A stretch of 64,000 nucleotides of DNA from a virus (lineage: Duplodnaviria; Heunggongvirae; Uroviricota; Caudoviricetes). Below are positions 30,396 to 39,387 of this stretch, piece by piece (within the stretch, counting starts at the first letter, position 1; each line of letters starts with the position of its first letter). The stretch is taken from positions 37,319 through 101,318 of the IMG/VR virus record IMGVR_UViG_3300031853_000004. The stretch is one strand, 5' to 3'. Both the position numbers and the translations under genes were made by a program. The notes under the pieces are model-generated. The model searched no databases, had not been told where the DNA came from, and was given only the letters and a program-made list of their open reading frames with translations.

Positions 30396-30638
30396 ATGAA
30401 GGTAGTAATAGATGCAAGTCCAGAGAGACTAAGTAGTATTACTTATTATGATGGGATTGGTAATCAAATTTATCCTCCACGTCAAATAGCTATAGATGAT
30501 ATTAAAAACTATATGCTTGGAGTTTCTAATGAATTTGATATTAATGAAATTGTAGTAGCAGGTCCGCAAAATTATACTGAAAAATTAGTTAAAGACTTAA
30601 AAGCAACTTTTAAAACAGTTAATTTTACACTTGCTTAA
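30396..30638 (+). CDS. hypothetical protein
   Basis: AGAAGGTG RBS. Confidence 0.4.
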   Translation: MKVVIDASPERLSSITYYDGIGNQIYPPRQIAIDDIKNYMLGVSNEFDINEIVVAGPQNYTEKLVKDLKATFKTVNFTLA

Positions 30639-30659
30639 AGATATAAAGGAGATAAAAGG

Positions 30660-30929
30660 ATGATTAAATATTTACTAAAGACAACTAATGAAATTTTTGT
30701 GCTTACTGAAGAAGATGCTAACACTTTACATAAAGAGATTGAAGAGTTTGCGCATTCCAATAATTTTACTCTTTACTCTTGGACTCAAACTTTAAAAGAG
30801 AAAAAGTCAAAAGGAGAAGTAATTGATAGCTGGGTAATTTGTAAATATACGTTAGTATTCAACGATCCTAAAGAGCCAGAAATTCCTCTAAAAGATATTG
30901 AATACAATATGGGAGGTCAATATGAGTAA
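30660..30929 (+). CDS. hypothetical protein
   Basis: AAAGGAG RBS. Confidence 0.4.
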   Translation: MIKYLLKTTNEIFVLTEEDANTLHKEIEEFAHSNNFTLYSWTQTLKEKKSKGEVIDSWVICKYTLVFNDPKEPEIPLKDIEYNMGGQYE

Positions 30930-31356
30930 TGAAGTAGATATTAAAATTCATTATTTACAAGGTTCTCCGCATTTAGAAAAAACAGATATTGGCTCTTGGA
31001 TTGATTTATATGTTTATGAAGATACCACTTTAAAGGCTGGACAAAGAAAATATATTTCTTTAGGAGTTAGTATGCAACTTCCAGAAGGATATGAAGCCTT
31101 AATGGTTTCTAGGAGTTCTACTTTTAAACGTTGGGGACTATTACAAACCAATGCAATTGCAATAATAGATAATTCTTATTGTGGAACAGACGATATATGG
31201 ATGTATCCTGCATTAGCAACTAAAGATGTAGTAATTCCAAAAGGTACAAGAATTTGTCAATTCAGAATTCAAAAAGAACAGCCTAAAATTAAATTTATTG
31301 AATCAGATTATTTAAATTCTATTTCAAGAAAAGGTCTAGGAAGTACTGGTGTGTAG
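30922..31356 (+). CDS. dut: dUTP diphosphatase (trimeric dUTPase)
   Basis: SRSSTFKRWGL and GLLQTNAIAIIDNSYCGTDD motifs; GGGAGG RBS. Confidence 0.65.
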   Translation: MSNEVDIKIHYLQGSPHLEKTDIGSWIDLYVYEDTTLKAGQRKYISLGVSMQLPEGYEALMVSRSSTFKRWGLLQTNAIAIIDNSYCGTDDIWMYPALATKDVVIPKGTRICQFRIQKEQPKIKFIESDYLNSISRKGLGSTGV

Positions 31357-31364
31357 GAGGTAAA

Positions 31365-31547
31365 ATGATTTGTTGTTGTACCTTAGCTGGGACTAAAGCA
31401 TGTAAACATTGTTTTAATAATAGTAATAGTTATAGTTGGACTCAAACAATAACTACCAATATTCCAATAGATGAAGATTTTACAAAAGAAGATTACAAAG
31501 AAATTTTAAAATATATTATTGATAAAGAGAAAAAGGAGGTTCTTTAA
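31365..31547 (+). CDS. hypothetical small Cys-rich protein
   Basis: ORF with GGAGG RBS. Confidence 0.35.
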   Translation: MICCCTLAGTKACKHCFNNSNSYSWTQTITTNIPIDEDFTKEDYKEILKYIIDKEKKEVL

Positions 31548-32456
31548 ATGAATCCTGTTTCTGTTGCGGTACTTTTTTTTGGAATAATAATAATTGTATT
31601 ACTTTTTATAATAAATTTTAATAAAATTTATAAAATCATTGGAGCAATTTTAGGTACTTTATTAATTTTATTATCTTTTTGCATATATACGCAAGACGTA
31701 GGTGAAGTTGTAGTATTAAGAAATCTGGGAGGAGAACTTGCGGGGTATACAGAAGCTGCTGGTTTTCATATAAAGACGCCTTGGCAAAATACAATTGAAT
31801 ATGATGTAAGAAATAACATTATTAATTTATATAGAGAAGATGAATACAGTTATGATAATGGAAAGGCATCTGGTTCAGAGGTAACAGTATATGATAAATC
31901 TGGAGCTCAAGCAAACGTAGATGTTCAAGTTATTTATAGTTTGGATGCGGATGCTGCTATAGAGTTATATACTAAATATCAAGAACAATCTAACTTTGTA
32001 CAAATTGTAGCGGTGAATAATGTACGAGACGCTGCAAGAAATGTTTCAGGTCAATTTTCAACCATTCAAATGCTAACAAGTAGAGAAGATTATGCAAAAG
32101 CAATCTATGATAAATTAGTAAAAGATTGGGATGAACTTGGACTTCATGTTGAAGAAGTTAATGTTCAAGATATTAGATATAATCAAGAAATTATTGGTGC
32201 ATATAATTCAGCTCAGAAAACAGAAATTAGCAAAGTTGAAGCACAAAATCAGCAAGAAGCTGAAAAAATTAAAATGGATACAGAGGTAATGAAAGCTCAG
32301 AAAGAAGCTGAAGCTAATGAAATTAGATCAAAATCATTAACTCCAGAAATTCTTGAACAACAATATATTGATGCTTTAAAAAATGGACAAAATGTTTATG
32401 TTGTACCAGAAAATAGTATGCCTTTAATTAATTTACAACAAGAAACAAAAGAGTAA
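31548..32456 (+). CDS. SPFH/band-7 (stomatin/prohibitin-like) membrane protein
   Basis: N-terminal TM helix, SPFH-like core, C-terminal coiled coil. Confidence 0.55.
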   Translation: MNPVSVAVLFFGIIIIVLLFIINFNKIYKIIGAILGTLLILLSFCIYTQDVGEVVVLRNLGGELAGYTEAAGFHIKTPWQNTIEYDVRNNIINLYREDEYSYDNGKASGSEVTVYDKSGAQANVDVQVIYSLDADAAIELYTKYQEQSNFVQIVAVNNVRDAARNVSGQFSTIQMLTSREDYAKAIYDKLVKDWDELGLHVEEVNVQDIRYNQEIIGAYNSAQKTEISKVEAQNQQEAEKIKMDTEVMKAQKEAEANEIRSKSLTPEILEQQYIDALKNGQNVYVVPENSMPLINLQQETKE

Positions 32457-32463
32457 GATAAAA

Positions 32464-32500
32464 AGCTGCGAACAAAAAAAAATGTTCGTAGCTTTTTTTA
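32464..32500. terminator. bidirectional rho-independent terminator (A-run, 11-bp stem, T-run)
   Basis: AGCTGCGAACA-A9-TGTTCGTAGCT flanked by A and T tracts. Confidence 0.55.
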
Positions 32501-32507
32501 TTTTAAT

Positions 32508-32517
32508 ATTCGGTGGA
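32508..32517 (+). repeat. cassette-boundary repeat copy 1 (TATTCGGTGG)
   Basis: Exact 10-mer; heads segment 1 in x-S-V frame. Confidence 0.6.
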
Positions 32518-32810
32518 AAATGTGGTGACTCCAACAAGCGGTGTCAAATTCATACAACTTGGACGACTTGTTGTTATATCACTTGACCTGGTTGTTTCTG
32601 GCGTGACGGGCTTAGGAGCGCCACCAGCATTAGCACAGTTTCCTTTCATAGCAAGAAATAGCTCCACTGGTGATATGGCTGCGTTTTGGGTTAATAATAC
32701 TTCTGATGGAAAACTCACTCTGCAAGTTTATAAGGCTACTGGGTATACGCAAGGCGGAACCTATGCCGCCAGCTTTGCATATATGACAAGTAGTTCGTCT
32801 CTGTGATTTG

Positions 32811-32820
32811 TATTCGGTGG
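32811..32820 (+). repeat. cassette-boundary repeat copy 2 (TATTCGGTGG)
   Basis: Exact 10-mer inside the 3' end of segment 1 in another frame. Confidence 0.6.
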
Positions 32821-33164
32821 GCAACGTCAATAGTGATATTGCACCATTAGGAACCACAGTATACAATTTAAGAAATACCTCTCAAAAAGATACATTAGTC
32901 GGTCGCGGAACTTTACTTACTAATGCAAATATGAATGATTATAAAATTCCTGGGATGTATACTTTATCAGCGAAGAATTATACAGCTTCTCCTTCTGGAG
33001 TTAACACTCAGTGAGGATTATTTATTATTTTTAGAGCTGCTGAATCTGGAAGTACACAACAAGTAATTATAGGAACAAGCGCTGAACCTCAGACTATTTA
33101 TTTTAGAAGATATGGAGGAGCTGTTTGAGGCTCTTGAATGAAAATAAGTGGGCAATTGGTTTAA
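32811..33164 (+). other. cassette segment 2 (three TGA)
   Basis: Open in S-V frame from repeat to TAA 33162-33164. Confidence 0.45.
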
Positions 33165-33435
33165 ACTAATTATGCTGTTGTTGTAATTTTATTTTAATAA
33201 CTTCAACTGATTGGACTTCCGCTGTAAGATTGAAAATACATTTTAACATTAACGGCGTAGTAATGCCTGTTCTTATATTAAAAAATAAGAAAATTGTCTC
33301 TGAATTTGGAAAAGTTATATTAAAAATTATAATATTATCAGACACAAATTATAAGAGATTTTGCTTTAAAATCCATGTTATTTATTAAATTCCATCAAAT
33401 ATTAAAAATATTTCATTGGAATTAAAAAATAAAAT

Positions 33436-33460
33436 TTGACAACCAATTAGTTTTATATTA
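33436..33460 (+). promoter_or_regulatory. TTGACA with weak -10 (TATATT)
   Basis: -35 exact, short spacer. Confidence 0.3.
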
Positions 33461-33515
33461 AAATTTAATTAATAAAAGAAAAAGAAAAAAATTTTAGTAG
33501 AAAGAAGGTTGTCAA

Positions 33516-34367
33516 ATGTCTGAAAAAATGACAGTCCAAGAGTTCCATGATGAAATTTGGTGGCCACGTTGTTTAAAAAATTTAAGAGAATGTACGCAAG
33601 TAGGATATGATAGTGCATATAGACTACATATTGCCCCTTTTATGAAAGATAAATATCTTACTGAAATTACTCCTAGATATTTAGACCATTGGTTTAAAGA
33701 AGGTAATATTAAAGCTTCTACTTGGAAAATTTTCAAAGCAATGATTAGAGTGGCATATAAACTTGAATTAATTCCTACTGATCCGTGTGATAAGGTTCTA
33801 GATGCTCCTCCAAGAGGGACACCAAATCCTCCAACTCTAAATAGAATTGAGATGCAACAAATGTTAGATGGTCTTACTGATGTTCCATATTACGCGGCAA
33901 TTGTTTGTTCTGCAACGATGGGACTTCGTAGAGAAGAATCTTGCGGACTTCGTTGGGAAGATTTTAATTGGAGAACTAATGTTGTCCATATTCAGAGAGG
34001 TATGCAATTTGTAAATGGGCATATTGTTGTTGGCCCTACAAAGACTGTTATGAGTAATCGCAAATTACCAATGCCGCAAGATTGTATCGTTAGACTTTTA
34101 CCTATTAGAAAAGAAGAAGGATATATCATTGGTGATTTAAATCCTTCTCAAGTAGCTGGAAGATATAGAAGAGCTTGCATTTCTAGAGGACTTCCATATG
34201 TTCCCATGTCTAATCTACGGACCTCTTGGTGCACAATGTTAATTGGAGAAGGAGTTCCAGTTAGTAAAGTTAGTAGATATATGGGTCATACAGATGTTTC
34301 TACCACTGTTAGATGGTATACTAAACCTAGAGAAGATGAATTAATTGATGTTGCTGCATCTTTTTAA
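33516..34367 (+). CDS. tyrosine site-specific recombinase (Xer/Rci/integrase family)
   Basis: GLRREE (Arg I), NLRTSWCT (box II), SRYMGHTDVSTTVRWY (catalytic Tyr); no TGA; GAAAGAAGG RBS. Confidence 0.7.
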   Translation: MSEKMTVQEFHDEIWWPRCLKNLRECTQVGYDSAYRLHIAPFMKDKYLTEITPRYLDHWFKEGNIKASTWKIFKAMIRVAYKLELIPTDPCDKVLDAPPRGTPNPPTLNRIEMQQMLDGLTDVPYYAAIVCSATMGLRREESCGLRWEDFNWRTNVVHIQRGMQFVNGHIVVGPTKTVMSNRKLPMPQDCIVRLLPIRKEEGYIIGDLNPSQVAGRYRRACISRGLPYVPMSNLRTSWCTMLIGEGVPVSKVSRYMGHTDVSTTVRWYTKPREDELIDVAASF

Positions 34368-34387
34368 TAAAATTTAAATAAAAAAAG

Positions 34388-34425
34388 AACCCTACTTTCT
34401 TAATTGAAAGTAGGGTTTTATTTTT
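34388..34425. terminator. bidirectional terminator (GAACCCTACTTTC-loop-GAAAGTAGGGTT)
   Basis: 12-bp stem with A-run before and T-run after. Confidence 0.55.
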
Positions 34426-34427
34426 AT

Positions 34428-34700
34428 TTATATTCTTTTTATTTTTAATACTATATAACGAATATCAAATGTTGCATTATTAATTGTTGCCCCAGTATTC
34501 GGATTTGTAACAGTTAAAAATCATGCATTACTTTCTGCTGCTACTCACGCTTTAACAAAATAATTTTGACCTAATACAAATGGTGCTAAAATATATGTAT
34601 ATCCATCATTAGTTTCAGGTAAATATATATTTCCACTGTTACCAGTTGTAAAGTTTTCTGCTTTTCTATATACTTGAGATAAATTCATCGGAACCACCGA
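34428..34700 (-). other. cassette segment 3 (contains a possible independent GTG/ATG start; two TGA)
   Basis: Repeat GATTCGGTGG at 34691-34700 heads an ORF in the S-V frame to TAA 34428. Confidence 0.45.
34691..34700 (-). repeat. cassette-boundary repeat copy 3 (GATTCGGTGG)
   Basis: 9/10 match, inverted relative to copies 1-2. Confidence 0.55.
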
Positions 34701-34702
34701 AT

Positions 34703-34898
34703 CTTATTTGACCCAGATTTGTTTTGAACTATTTTCACCTTGCAGTTTTCTTCGTAGTTCAATAGTTGTATCTGAAAAATTTAGATAATAAGCTTTTGAG
34801 GTTTGAGGTGCTAAAAATTGTAGTTGTAATAAATCATCTGCACTGTTTACAACAAAAGCATATGTTCATCCTTCATATACAATTCTATCCACCGAATA
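34703..34898 (-). other. cassette segment 4 (one TGA)
   Basis: Repeat TATTCGGTGG at 34889-34898 then 64 codons to TAA, which directly abuts repeat 3. Confidence 0.45.
34889..34898 (-). repeat. cassette-boundary repeat copy 4 (TATTCGGTGG)
   Basis: Exact 10-mer, minus orientation. Confidence 0.6.
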
Positions 34899-34942
34899 TT
34901 AATTTCACCAGCTTTATTAAATTGGTAATCTTTACATTATCA

Positions 34943-35247
34943 TTATTCCGCACATGTATATGTAACAGAGCTGTCTACATACTGTATGTTAATTGTTGAG
35001 AAAAATTCAAAAAATGTAGTATGCACGCTAAAATACCCAATTACGGCAGTGCCTGAGAATAACGCTGATATTGCGTATGTACCATCGATAGGTTTTGCCC
35101 AACTAGGAACAATATCTCACAGTTTCTTTCCTGTATTCGCAGTTAAATCCTCCTTTGACCAAACAACGTTAATATTGACAATTCGTCCAAATCGCTGTAC
35201 GTGTATTGAATGTTCACTAATATTCTGCGATTTATATTCCACCGAAG
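34943..35247 (-). other. cassette segment 5 (one TGA)
   Basis: Degenerate repeat CCTTCGGTGG at 35238-35247 then about 100 codons to TAA. Confidence 0.4.
35238..35247 (-). repeat. cassette-boundary repeat copy 5 (CCTTCGGTGG, degenerate)
   Basis: 8/10 match, minus orientation, directly downstream of terminator. Confidence 0.4.
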
Positions 35248-35258
35248 GCTAAAAAAAT

Positions 35259-35295
35259 AAACCCCTTGACTTATCACTCAAGTCAAGGGGCTTTT
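35259..35295. terminator. bidirectional terminator (CCCCTTGACTT-loop-AAGTCAAGGGG) ending the minus-strand late unit
   Basis: 11-bp stem, A7 before and T6 after. Confidence 0.55.
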
Positions 35296-35697
35296 TTAAT
35301 TATCATTGGTAATTGTTAATGGTTCACTTGGTAAAGACATTATTTCTTCATACATTGCTTTACCTAAACCATTCCCTCCAAGTTTTGCATATGCAGTTTC
35401 AATTTTTTCTACATATTCTTTTGTAGTCGTTGAAGCATATTTATTTTGTTTAGCTTTTCTGTATTCAGAAATTAGCTCAGCTCTTAACATTGCTCGCATT
35501 CCGGCAGTCATTGAATCATGTCATTCAGTATCAAGTTCACGATTTTTTTTCTGTTCTTCACGTGCCTGTTCTCTTTTATTATCAAAGTCATCCAATTTTC
35601 TACCCATGCCTCTTTGCATTAAAAAGATAATCAGTGGCACTAAAAAGATTTCAAGCAAGTTAAGGACTGCGGTCACCGTTGAATCCAATGGTACCAC
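35296..35697 (-). CDS. membrane-anchored small protein (N-terminal TM; one TGA)
   Basis: AGGAAAGAGG RBS then GTG 35697; extends ORF 35296..35511 upstream through TGA 35521. Confidence 0.4.
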
Positions 35698-35713
35698 CTC
35701 TTTCCTTTCTTTT

Positions 35714-36124
35714 TTAATTTCTAAACATTTTTACTGAAAGTCTTGGGTTTGCTCCAAGATTAATCTCTGTAGTCCCGGTGTTTGTCAATAGAACAGTATC
35801 ACCATTTCCGCAACAACATGTTTTAACAAACGTAGAAGCGGAAACATTTTGTAAATCACCTGCTGCGGCAGTTACAACTGTACTATTTGTTTCAGGAAGA
35901 GGCGCACCATCTAAAGTAATACCAATAGTAGCGTCACCAGCAGCTGTCCCTCCAATATTACCATTAAAGGAAACTTCATAAACAACATTGTTTTGGTTTA
36001 GATTTATAGAACCAGAGTTGTTTCTATGACATTCTGTACAGCCGACATGTAAAATAACTGTATCAAAAACTGCTGATTGACCAGGAGCTAATGTTTGAGC
36101 AATTGAATTAGAGAGTTCAATCAT
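35714..36124 (-). CDS. hypothetical Cys-rich (CCC) protein
   Basis: ORF; no TGA. Confidence 0.45.
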   Translation of the reverse strand: MIELSNSIAQTLAPGQSAVFDTVILHVGCTECHRNNSGSINLNQNNVVYEVSFNGNIGGTAAGDATIGITLDGAPLPETNSTVVTAAAGDLQNVSASTFVKTCCCGNGDTVLLTNTGTTEINLGANPRLSVKMFRN

Positions 36125-36149
36125 TATAAGTCCTCCTATCTACTTTAAA

Positions 36150-36815
36150 TTAGAAATTGCAGCCGCACCCATTAGGACAGAAGGGATTTGGGCCAGCGTT
36201 ATAAGCAGTAGAATTAGGATAACGCACAACACCAGCTACCGCATTTTGAAGCTCTAACTGATTAATTCTATTTTGCATATCATCCATTCTATTGGAAGTA
36301 ATAGCATCAAGAATTCTTTGAGTTTGTTCAGTAGTATTAGCATTAATAGCCGCAGTATTCATAGCAGCATTGAAGTTAACACCATCAATAGCTCTTAAAG
36401 TATTACAACAGCATTCTTGCTGATTGGAAATTATCTGTTGATCTATTAAAGCAATTCCACTAATATCACGTTGAAGTTCATTATATTTATCATTAAAAGC
36501 ATTCATTAGATATTGAGTATTTTGATTAGCATTTTGCATACCTTGAAGAGAATTACTATTAATAGCTGCTAAAATTTCTCTTTCATTAGCCATAGAATTT
36601 TGATTATCAAAACCACGCTGAACTTCATTAGAAGTAGCTAAATTTTCATAACCAATAGCATTAGCGAAGCCATTTCCACCAAAACCAAAACCACCATTAG
36701 CAAGAATAAGTAGAGCAAAAATCCACATAAAGCCCATACCATTTCCCCAGCCATCTTCATTTCTTGCCATTAACGCAACATCACTTGCAGTGAGCCCACC
36801 ATTCATATCAGCCAT
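36150..36815 (-). CDS. membrane protein with Gly-rich TM segment and CCC/CGC motifs
   Basis: FMWIFALLILANGGFGFGG; no TGA. Confidence 0.45.
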   Translation of the reverse strand: MADMNGGLTASDVALMARNEDGWGNGMGFMWIFALLILANGGFGFGGNGFANAIGYENLATSNEVQRGFDNQNSMANEREILAAINSNSLQGMQNANQNTQYLMNAFNDKYNELQRDISGIALIDQQIISNQQECCCNTLRAIDGVNFNAAMNTAAINANTTEQTQRILDAITSNRMDDMQNRINQLELQNAVAGVVRYPNSTAYNAGPNPFCPNGCGCNF

Positions 36816-36834
36816 GATGTACCCCTCTCTTCTT

Positions 36835-37092
36835 TTATTTTAATTGGTTTAAAATAGTATTTGGATCTACTCCTTTTTGAGCAGCCAAATTATAGAAAGC
36901 AGTCTTAGCATCTCCACCATTTTGATTTATATAATTTACTATACCTTGAAAATTAGGATTATTTGTTAACATTTTTTCCATAGCTTCTGTTGGATTAGAA
37001 GAATTTTTTATCTGTTTCATTAAATCCAATAGAGAGTTAGAATGCGGAGCTACTGACTGCTTATTAAAAGAAGAAAAAATAGGATTACTCAT
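36835..37092 (-). CDS. hypothetical protein
   Basis: ORF with RBS. Confidence 0.4.
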   Translation of the reverse strand: MSNPIFSSFNKQSVAPHSNSLLDLMKQIKNSSNPTEAMEKMLTNNPNFQGIVNYINQNGGDAKTAFYNLAAQKGVDPNTILNQLK

Positions 37093-37519
37093 TCTTCATC
37101 ACCAAGTCTTCCATTAATTGTTTAAATTCATTGAACTCAGTCTTCGTTACAAAATCACTAACGTCCTGTGCTTGAGTTTGAATAATTTCTCTTTGCATTA
37201 AAGGAATTTCTTCAAATTTAAATGCTTTGGTCTCTGAATAACCTGAATCATCGCTTTGTTTAAAATAAAAAACAGGTCTGTTAGTATCCATTAAAATTAC
37301 TCTAGAGTTGGGTCCAACTTGATATGCCTGTGCGCTTTCAGGTCCCATAACCTCTAAAACATTATTAATTGGTTGTCTTTGATTTTGCATCTGCGGATTT
37401 TGCTGCATTTGAGGATAATTATTTCTTGACATTTGAGAATAACCGGAAGAATAATTATTCCCCACCCATAAGTTGTTAGCAGGTTGCGGCATTTGTCCCG
37501 CGAAAGAATTTTCATACAT
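37085..37519 (-). CDS. hypothetical Q/N-rich protein
   Basis: AGGAGG RBS. Confidence 0.45.
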   Translation of the reverse strand: MYENSFAGQMPQPANNLWVGNNYSSGYSQMSRNNYPQMQQNPQMQNQRQPINNVLEVMGPESAQAYQVGPNSRVILMDTNRPVFYFKQSDDSGYSETKAFKFEEIPLMQREIIQTQAQDVSDFVTKTEFNEFKQLMEDLVMKNE

Positions 37520-37547
37520 ATCTTTTCCTCCTTTTATCTCAAATTAT

Positions 37548-37805
37548 TTATTTTTCTATTAAATTTTTGAATGCTTCGTATGCACCAGTGGAAGCTAAAC
37601 CACTAGCCATACCTATCATTACTGTATTAAAATCAAAAGTGTGTAAACCCCACGCATTGAAAATTATTCCAAGAATAGCTACGATTAATGGGATAAAACG
37701 ATTGATTCTATCATCTGGATAAATGTTCTTTAAAATATATCCTATCATTAAACAAGCTATTACAATTATTGGAGAAATTAAACTAGTAAAAACTTCTAAA
37801 TCCAT
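37548..37805 (-). CDS. holin-like protein (two TM helices, 85 aa)
   Basis: Two hydrophobic helices and a charged C-terminus; GGAGAATAATT RBS. Confidence 0.4.
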   Translation of the reverse strand: MDLEVFTSLISPIIVIACLMIGYILKNIYPDDRINRFIPLIVAILGIIFNAWGLHTFDFNTVMIGMASGLASTGAYEAFKNLIEK

Positions 37806-37807
37806 AA

Positions 37808-37975
37808 TTATTCTCCTACAATGTAGCCTTCTTGAATTAGTTCTTCAATCATTTGTGCACGTTGACCCGCGGAAAGTTTAGGATATGAATCAAGAATATC
37901 CTCTATATTTTCACCTTTCTTTAGGCGAACGATTACAGCTTTTTTAATAATTTTGTAAGCAGTATTTGTAACCAT
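37808..37975 (-). CDS. hypothetical 55-aa protein
   Basis: ATG overlapping upstream TAG; not in ORF track (<60 aa). Confidence 0.3.
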   Translation of the reverse strand: MVTNTAYKIIKKAVIVRLKKGENIEDILDSYPKLSAGQRAQMIEELIQEGYIVGE

Positions 37976-37977
37976 AA

Positions 37978-38661
37978 CTACACCTCTTCTTCCTCGCCGC
38001 CAACTAGCTCCGCAAGCATAAGAAGTAGATCTTCGATTGTCTCTTGGGCTTCTGCTAATTTAGCAGGACCATTTGCCATAAACTCTCTATCCGCAAGTTC
38101 TTTTTCTGTAAAAAGAACATAACGATAGAAGATAGTTTGTTCATCATAAGCTGGAATAGCCTGTTGATCAACAACAGATGTAATTGTTTGTCCTGTTACA
38201 ATATGCACTTCTTCGCCGTCAAGATTTATATATTCAAAAATGCCTTTTTTGGCATCAATTACTCGAATATGTGGATCATCTTCAGACTCAGGAACATAAA
38301 TTTCACCATTAGAGAAGTCAAAAGATACAATCTTGTAGTGCCATTCTTCAGGCACTGAAGGATGATGTACTGTAAATACTTCTTTTCTTAAATATCCTAA
38401 ATCTAAATCAGGATTAAGAATTTCTTCATTGTTCTGATCTATAACAGGATATTCATAAGAAAATCCACTATTTTGAGTAACTTTATTTGAAATCTCTTCA
38501 TTGTTTTGATCTATAACAGAATCTTCATTTGAAATTTCTTCATCATCTTGATTTATAGCAGGGTCTTCGTTTGAAGTCTCTTCATTATTTTGATTTATAG
38601 TAGGATCTTCATAAGAAAATTCACTATCTTCAGTAACTTCATTTAAAATCTCTTCATCCAA
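37978..38661 (-). CDS. acidic protein with N-terminal Asp/Glu-rich repeats
   Basis: Repeated ..NEE(I/T)SNED.. units; TAG stop. Confidence 0.5.
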   Translation of the reverse strand: MDEEILNEVTEDSEFSYEDPTINQNNEETSNEDPAINQDDEEISNEDSVIDQNNEEISNKVTQNSGFSYEYPVIDQNNEEILNPDLDLGYLRKEVFTVHHPSVPEEWHYKIVSFDFSNGEIYVPESEDDPHIRVIDAKKGIFEYINLDGEEVHIVTGQTITSVVDQQAIPAYDEQTIFYRYVLFTEKELADREFMANGPAKLAEAQETIEDLLLMLAELVGGEEEEV

Positions 38662-38762
38662 TTCCTATACTCTCCTTTCTTTTTCCTAGTTTTACCAATA
38701 ATATTTAGAGAGTTTTCTTTTTTTGACCCTCTCTATTATTATATAAAAATTAGCTAAAGAAA

Positions 38763-38779
38763 ATTATAAAAAATTGCCC
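38763..38779 (-). promoter_or_regulatory. GGGCAA-N5-TATAAT motif promoter (minus strand)
   Basis: Minus strand reads TAGGGCAATTTTTTATAAT upstream of gene 37978..38661. Confidence 0.4.
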
Positions 38780-38892
38780 TAGAAATTTTTTAAAGAAGCT
38801 TAAAATTTTAAATTTTATTAACTTTTACATTGTCTCATGAGATCCTTTTGGATTGCTTATAATAAATCTATCTAATATAAAGACTTATGTTG

Positions 38893-39204
38893 TTATATAA
38901 ATTCATTAGTTGCATATATACATGTGCCACCCAACCAACCAGCTAAAGAGATGTCTCCATTAGCTCTAAGGGTTTTGTCGTTGGATAAAGAAAGTCCACG
39001 GTGATTATTTGAATTAGATACAGTGAAAAAGTTCTCGTCTTTCAATGGCGTAGGTATATTAGAAAATGTTGCGAGAACAGCACCATTGGTTGCGTTAGGA
39101 ATGGTTATTTGTACAGTAAAAATAACCAGATTTCCTATGCGAGTCCATTTGGTACCTGGACGCACAGTGACTCCAGATATTGCTGTATACGAAGGAGTCT
39201 TATA
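38893..39204 (-). CDS. fibre-tip-like ORF / cassette segment 7
   Basis: Same frame as segment 6, preceded by CCTTCG; GTG start 39163; TAA stop. Confidence 0.35.
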   Translation of the reverse strand, partial: YKTPSYTAISGVTVRPGTKWTRIGNLVIFTVQITIPNATNGAVLATFSNIPTPLKDENFFTVSNSNNHRGLSLSNDKTLRANGDISLAGWLGGTCIYATNEFI

Positions 39205-39387
39205 TTATAAACTATTCCAACCTGCAATATCCTTTTGACCTTTCCACTTTCCATCCATGTAAATATCAGCGACAAGTTTATTATCTGCTCTCAATGTAAA
39301 AAGCAGTATAACACCGTTACTAGCAGTAAAATGGGCACTAATCGGATTCGTTGTTGTGGAGGTGACACCAAACTTATCCACCGAATT
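39205..39387 (-). other. cassette segment 6 (NSVDKFGVTSTT...), begins at repeat copy 6
   Basis: Open in the S-V frame for 60 codons to TAA 39205-39207. Confidence 0.4.
39378..39387 (-). repeat. cassette-boundary repeat copy 6 (AATTCGGTGG)
   Basis: 9/10 match; its first nt pair is part of the TAA stop of the upstream fibre gene. Confidence 0.55.

Larger units (their letters stand above)
32508..32845 (+). other. fibre-tip-like cassette segment 1 (starts at repeat / GTG 32513; one TGA)
   Basis: Open in the repeat S-V frame for about 110 codons to TAG; higher GC. Confidence 0.45.

Noticed and set aside
32503-32866. Minus-strand ORFs 32503..32718 and 32630..32866
   Set aside because: Antisense to cassette segment 1, no RBS, GC-rich region inflates spurious ORFs.
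33170-33435. attP core next to the recombinase
   Set aside because: AT-rich non-coding stretch but no recognisable direct or inverted repeats or tRNA-derived core; cannot be called from sequence alone.
33512-33736. Minus ORF inside the recombinase gene
   Set aside because: Antisense to a well-supported gene.
35306-35737. Plus-strand ORF 35306..35737
   Set aside because: Antisense to the RBS-supported minus gene 35296..35697.
32508-39387. ATTCGGTGG copies as a CRISPR array
   Set aside because: Only 9-10 bp, irregularly spaced (0.3-4 kb), on both strands, and each copy is part of a coding frame.
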